A DNA stretch of 64,000 nucleotides. Origin: Orbicella franksi (Eukaryota). Location: contig OZ116700.1 in the NCBI GenBank assembly GCA_964199315.1, positions 16,864,001 through 16,928,000 on the forward strand, written 5' to 3'. Shown here piece after piece: positions 58,051 to 64,000 of the stretch. Position numbers and translations under genes: made by a program. Within the stretch, counting starts at the first letter, position 1. The number at the start of each line of letters is the position of its first letter. The notes beneath the pieces were generated by a model. That model saw nothing but the letters and a program-made list of their open reading frames with translations, was not told where the DNA came from and made no database searches.

Positions 58051-58723
58051 ATGGCGATCTTGCCAACTCACCATAACAGGAATTTTCACCCAATTCCCGT
58101 CCACAGATCGGGACTTAGGCTTAGAGAAAAATATGTTTTATTGTTAATATTTATAGCTTTTCTTCTTTTATGTTTTGGGGCATTCTTTTTCGTGCCTGAC
58201 TTGAGAGACAGGACATATTTAGAGGACGCGTACAAGAGGTTTGTTGGTGCCAGAGGCGACATTTTGCCAATCAAGGCTCCCAAAACACCGATTGTTAAAC
58301 AAGTAGCAGGTAAATACCTGACTTTTGTTACGTTGTAGGCTACATGGTATCAATGAAGAATTGAATTGTCAATGTGGCATTTACTAATTTTCCTCATTCT
58401 TTTACTTGCAAGCAAATCCACAAGTCGCTGACGCTACAGAAAGTCCTAAGCTTAAATCTGAAATCCATGGTGAAGGAGCGTTTGACACGCCGGTGAAAAA
58501 AATACCAAATGTGGCTTTGAACCACAAAGAATTGATAGAAATGATAAAGAAGGAAAAAGAGAAATTTATTCAAGAGAAAAAATCCCAGGAACATGCTGAA
58601 AAGCAAGCTAAAATTGAGAAATTAGTAAATAGTTCCAAAGTCGACGAAACTGGAGCGAAGGGAATAACTGGGGGAGAACCTCTGGACGAAATTACAAAAG
58701 AAAGAAGAAACTTTGTTAAAAGG
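58051..58723 (+). CDS. MAN1A1: Mannosyl-oligosaccharide 1,2-alpha-mannosidase (GH47, Golgi MAN1A-type), first two coding exons; rest beyond the window
   Basis: Exons 58051-58309 and 58413-58723 in phase. Type II membrane N-terminus (LRLREKYVLLLIFIAFLLLCFGAFFFVPD) and stem ending GGEPLDEITKERRNFVKR, as just before the catalytic domain of MAN1A. Paralog identity (A1/A2/C1) cannot be resolved. Confidence 0.85.
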
Positions 58724-59402
58724 GTGAGTAAGATATATTTCTCTTGACGTGTTAACTCTTGATAAGTGATATTGTGCACACTCACTTCTAGACACTATTA
58801 AAAACCTGCATATTAATTTTGTCGACTAACGATTAGACGAGTGCCAAACAGTTGGGGCTCTAAGAGGTTAAAAAATTTATACGTTCAAAGTCTTTATTTT
58901 CCCAGTACTTAAAAATTCACAGAAGCATGTAAAAATATGCGATAAACAGTTCGAAATAAATTTATGTTGCAACTGACTTGATAAGAGTTTCCACATTTAA
59001 TTTACTATTTGCTAATCTTGTTTGTTCGTGTTCGCAAAGCGCCCTATTAATATTCTAAATGAATCGTCGTTACTTTGTAAACTTTTCCGCCTTTTCTCTT
59101 CGAAATTGACAACGATCAAATTTGAATTGAAATAGCTTCTTATTTTTTTTCCATCCACTCTCAAGACCCTATTTAAAACAGTGAAAATTATCATTTAAAG
59201 CTGAAATGTATGTAATGTTTACTTAGCTGTAGCTGCCTTGTAAGGAAGGAGTGTGATCAGCTGTTGTCTCTCAGATGTAGAAGATAAAGAAAATTTATGA
59301 AATTTGTGTTTATCCGAGTTTTACATATTTCCAATTTTGAGGATTTGATAAGTGTCAACTCCACCAAGAGCTATTTGCAAATTACTGTGTTGTGTACTGA
59401 CA

Positions 59403-59942
59403 ATAGATGGTTTTCACATGACGTCATTAAATTCCAAAATCCAAAGCTAAAGAGGCACAAAAGTTTTTATCCTCATCAGGCATAAGGGGGTCTGAATTTA
59501 TATCTGTTTACAAGTGCAGTTTAACATTCAGAGTTATGGCAGTGCATGACATACCACTCTGATTGCATTTGTGGAAAAATATACACTTATGTAGTGATGT
59601 TAGCCTCTTAAGGAGTTAAAGTGTTAGGAAAAGTGCTTGTGTAAATGTTTGTTTGTTCAGTTCATATAATAAGTTGCCTAGATGGCCAAAGTAAGTTCCA
59701 GATATTTACACTACTTTTCAGCCGCATGTTGGTGAAGCACAGAGCTCCACCAACACGGCGACTCCAAACTGGGCTCTAAATTTGCAAAACATTTCGACGA
59801 ATGTCTGAAGTTTGGGAAAACGCAGAGACCTCAAACTTGGAGAAGGTCTTCTTTGCCTATCTCCTATAACATTACTTGACTTTATCCACTGAATAGTTTT
59901 TTTAGTTAATTTTTTTGTTGCATGACAGTGAAAACCATCTAT
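59403..59942. mobile_element. 540-bp MITE
   Basis: TIRs ATAGATGGTTTTCAC ... GTGAAAACCATCTAT. Confidence 0.75.
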
Positions 59943-61410
59943 ATTCAAAAGTGTCTTGTAAATTCCTAAAAATGCACTGTCAAAGGTGTCTTGGAGTAGC
60001 TGAATTTCAACGGGTCAACTTGAGAATCGTTCAGGCTAACCAGAGTACTATTCAAACCAACCATTGTGATATCCAGGTTAACTGTTAACTGACTGCAATT
60101 TGACCTGTGAGTCACTGATTTAAAAGACGTGGATTCATGATGCATATACTTGTGTGACTGATAAAAACGGGGACCCCTCCTAGAACAGGACTTCTTCAAG
60201 TTATTATTACTTTTTTTAATGTTTGTAGTCCTTGTGAAGTAAAGCTGCTAAAGACCACTAAAAGAGCCAAATGAATATTATTAACAATATGCTTTAGATA
60301 TTGACTTAATGATATATAAAGGATAATCCATGGGTGTGTGTAGATATGGAATATCTCTTACAGTGTTCAACTCAGTATCTCAGGAGTGAGATATAAAGTT
60401 GAACACAAGAAGAGATTTTCTATATCTACAAGCAACCATATATTATTATGTTTATTATATAAACATACTGATGATGATGTTTTTGGTGATTTTCCAAAGA
60501 TTTCTGACCACTTTCCAAAGATTTTGGAAGTTACTTCAAAAATTGTCTGCAGGCCACATAAACAATTTGGAATATTTTCCGAAAAATTTGGAAGATAACT
60601 GAAGATTTCCGAAGACTTTGAGGAACATCTGAATATATTTCGATTATACACCAACAAATTTAAGTACAGCTTTAGGGCCAAACATGATATCAGTGAAGTC
60701 ATCAACAGACCTGCCAACTCTCCCTGTTTTCCCGGGAGTCTCCAAGTTTTTCATCAAATCTTCCGGTCTCCCTGTTAGAGCACCAAATCTCCCGGGAACT
60801 ACCTACCATGGCTCTTTTCAATTTTTTTCATTAATTTCGTTATTTTCAAGATTTCAAAGAGGAAAATAAAACACAAAGGACATTACTTTGTTGCTCTCAT
60901 TTGAACTGCTCTCGATCGGAAAATGTAAAACAGAGCAATCAAATTGATATATATTTAATGAGTATCCTAATTGGTCAAAAATCAACCAATCAAATTGCAC
61001 AATACATGGTACAAAATTGGCACAGTTTTCGCATGCTGTTTACATCAGTCGAAGCAAAGAATGCTGTTCTAACTGAGAGACGTCGCAAATGTTCAGAAGG
61101 CCTTTGGGTGATTTTCGGAGAGTATTCAGACATTGTCGAAAATTATATTCTTAAAGGAGAAGGTCACTCCAAAAACTGTGTATTTTTTTCCATCACCAAT
61201 AAAAAGTTCGCATTGAGTTGAGTTACTCACCATTGTTTTAGCTTCTGTAGTGGATGCGATCCCAGTGAAAAAGAAGTGGAAAATTTGACACTGGGAGCCG
61301 CCATTTTGAAGGGATCTTGAAGGCCGGGCTGCATATCTGTGACGTCGTTCCATCCAAGAGTGTGTTTGTTCTTTTGAGCTTTAGTATGGCTGCTCTTGAA
61401 GCCAGAACAT

Positions 61411-61780
61411 GCTAGTCATTCTGGGGGAGGTAATAATCAAGATGAATTGAATGATCGGTTGGAAAATGCTCTGTGGTGTACTTGTGAGAGATGTACAACC
61501 ATACCGAAGCAAAGAGAATGTGTTTGTTGCTGAGAACAGCTGGAGTAGGTCACCAAGATGGAAGGTACATTTTTGCTGACATTTTGCAGGCAATTGCAAT
61601 GGATGCAGTTAGTGGAAGAGGAAGTTTATTTTTAATTGTAAATTGCTCGCAGAATTGAACTGTTGGCTTAAATAAATCCCCAGTTTAATGCTTTTGATCT
61701 GATTTGTCTTCATCTTTATGTTACTGGCATCACAGAAACTGACAAGTTTTCAATGGTGTGTTTAAATTGGGCAGATGTTT
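61411..61780 (+). pseudogene. KolX remnant (Cys-rich, P2X7 cytoplasmic ballast-like domain)
   Basis: RLENALWCTCERCTTIPKQRECVCC*EQLE* followed after an intron by ITETDKFSMVCLN; contains in-frame stops. Confidence 0.75.
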
Positions 61781-63235
61781 TCCACCTCACAAGTCTGTGT
61801 TTTTACTTATAAGATGTGGATACTTTTTGCTCGTACTCATACGTCTTTGCCTAGGTTTCTTTACACTTGTGGACTACGTGGACTCTTACGAAATACGCAG
61901 TGACTTTACATGTAAGATGCAAAGTGAAATCGATGTCTTTGACGTGAAATGTGAAATTGACATACCTTATCAGTACTGAAGATTTTTTGTGAGAATTGTA
62001 ATTTGTATTGTTGGAAAGCTAAGCATATGTAATAAATTTTGGATAGAAGAAAAAAGTATATACAACTTTTACATGCGTAAACCAGCGGAAGGAAAATTGA
62101 CTCTGCAAGTGTGTTTTTCATATCACATGTGTCGTGTTTACTGGCATCGATACTTGGCAAAGCATGGAGCAAGATTACAGCTTCCTTTTTTACCGTAGCA
62201 CTGCTTTCATTAGCAACTGTAATTCCCAAAAATAATGTGAATGAAAAAAAACCGTCCTTAATTAATGATGAATTGTGTCGATAAAATTGAAACCAAATTG
62301 CAACACATTGCAGACAAAATATTATTTACAGGTGGATATGGGATTTCGCTATTGCAGGACTTGTTATCGGTAATTGTCGATATATAGATAGGACTGATGT
62401 ACAATTAACTACTTCTCCCAATGTATTTCAAATCAAATTAGACAGCATTTAAAATTTGTAAGTATTTTAACTCATCCCTGGCTGTCAAGGCCGATTATTA
62501 AACACGCTCTGAGTTTTCAGTTCACACAGAAGATTTATAAATCGCAAAAATGCTTTTTCGATAAAAGAAAACCAAAGCAGGTTAGTCTGACATGTAATTT
62601 AAAGAAATCTGCAGGACATTTGAAGTTCCCACGGTACCCTAAGAAATTTGATAAATTCACCCAAAAAAATGCATGTAGTCGCTATGCATCAATGAACACA
62701 AAAACACGAAAAACCTTGTGCCAGTCTACAAAAAATAATGAATCAAAGTTTGCAACATGGAAGCTTTTTTATAAATACTGGTAAGACTGGTAAATGAAGA
62801 ATAGAATTTCATTCAGCCATTTTCCCTGTTATTATAGAAAAAAAGCGCAAACTGATATGTACATGCAAAACCCGTGATTCACACCGTTTTAGCATCTTTT
62901 CAGGAAAATATATTAAGCCTGAAGGGTTGAAAATTTCTGGCGACTAAAATACTTGTGCTGGTGACCAAACCTGAAAACTTAGGGGCCAGCTGGCCCCAAG
63001 GTTTTTTCTTGAAATCCGAGTCCCTGTCCAGCAAGGAGCTTCAATTTCTTGCGCGGAAATAATATTTACCAAATCAAGTCAATGACAGTTCTGCCGGGCA
63101 AAAATATTAAGAAAAAATGAAAAGTATAACTGATAGCTACCTCTTTTCGTTCCTTGTGATGCGCTGTTAGCTTACAATGCATGCCTTTACAAGGGCCTTC
63201 TGTTGAAAAATTGTCGGAAAGCATTTTTCAATGAC

Positions 63236-63480
63236 CTACTTCTTTGTGTTTGCACCCACAAGCTCAAATTGGCATTCAATTTTGAAACAGTCGTCTGTGA
63301 AATGCTCGTTGTACACATACACATTTTGGGGTTTTTTTGGCATGAATCTCTCATCCCGACGTAGCTGTTCGAACCACTTCTTTGGCAATTTTTTGTTCTT
63401 TGCAGGCAAATTAAGGAAAGTCACTCTGCTTTCCCTATCCTTTTTGGTTCAGGTTTTTCAGCTCAGGGCCCAACATTTTA
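63236..63480 (-). pseudogene. THAP zinc-finger remnant (N-terminus of the Kolobok transposase)
   Basis: KCWALS*KT*TKKDRESRVTFLNLPAKNKKLPKKWFEQLRRD...VYVYNEHFTDDCF: THAP signature (F..P, W, HF) with stops and lost Cys. Confidence 0.8.
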
Positions 63481-64000
63481 GCTCACAACTGAATAAACGA
63501 ATTTAGAACAGAAAAGGAGAGCTTTAGCCTTTGAGCTTCACGCCAATTCGGACTGAATGATGTCACAGATATGCAGCCTGGCCTTCAAGATCCTTTCAAA
63601 ATGGCGCTCCCAGTGTCGAACTTTTCTCGTCTTTTTCATTGGGATCGCATCCACTTCAGAAGCTAAAACAAGGGTGAGTAACTCAACTCAATCTGAACTT
63701 TTTATTGGTGATGGAAAAAAATACACGGTTTTTGGAGTGACCTTCTCCTTTAACAATGCAAAGATTTCTTGCCCTCTCCAGGTTTTTATACTCTGGGGGT
63801 TGGCAGGTATGCATCAATGTCTTCACTAGTGAGAATATGGAAAATACGCCACCCGAGTTGCAGATGTAGTTTCATGTCAATTTTATGAGTAGTGTATCTT
63901 CCAGTATGTTTAGTCTAAAAGAATGGATCATCATCCGCACTGTAAAGAGCTTTCAAGAGCTGATTTTCTTTTGTTGCAGTCCTCTGCAGTGTGTGACTTT

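Larger units (their letters stand above)
61155..63749. mobile_element. Kolobok DNA transposon, internally deleted (2595 bp), in mannosidase intron 2
   Basis: ~190-bp TIRs starting AGGAGAAGGTCACTCCAAAAAC; TTAA at 61151-61154 and 63750-63753; convergent KolX and THAP remnants inside. Confidence 0.9.

Overview
Intron-rich, AT-rich animal genomic DNA. The repeat landscape suggests a scleractinian coral or other cnidarian (inference). Exons were assembled by hand from splice sites and reading phase. Genes in order: a 22-exon ANK-LRR-ROC-COR portion of an LRRK gene (minus; kinase end lies left of the window), SYF2 (minus, complete), cytosolic thiolase ACAT2 (plus, complete, one GC-AG intron), a small 4-exon Ripply-family gene invisible in the ORF track (minus), a myristoylated calcineurin-B/CHP-like EF-hand gene (plus), ABHD10 (minus, complete) and the first two exons of a Golgi alpha-1,2-mannosidase (plus). 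The genes sit as successive head-to-head pairs. The main finding is the Ripply homolog: WRPW motif, FKHPVRL..W..YDY.Y..GE.LL.NFPVQATI domain and acidic tail, with two perfect AGGTGTGAAA T-box sites in the locus, suggesting an ancient T-box/Ripply/Groucho circuit. Other highlights: an inverted pair of minimal hammerhead-ribozyme motifs in an ACAT2 intron, a TTAA-flanked Kolobok transposon with THAP and KolX remnants, and a palindromic tRNA-like retro-insertion with a 13-bp TSD. There is one 147-N gap. No rRNA or CRISPR features.
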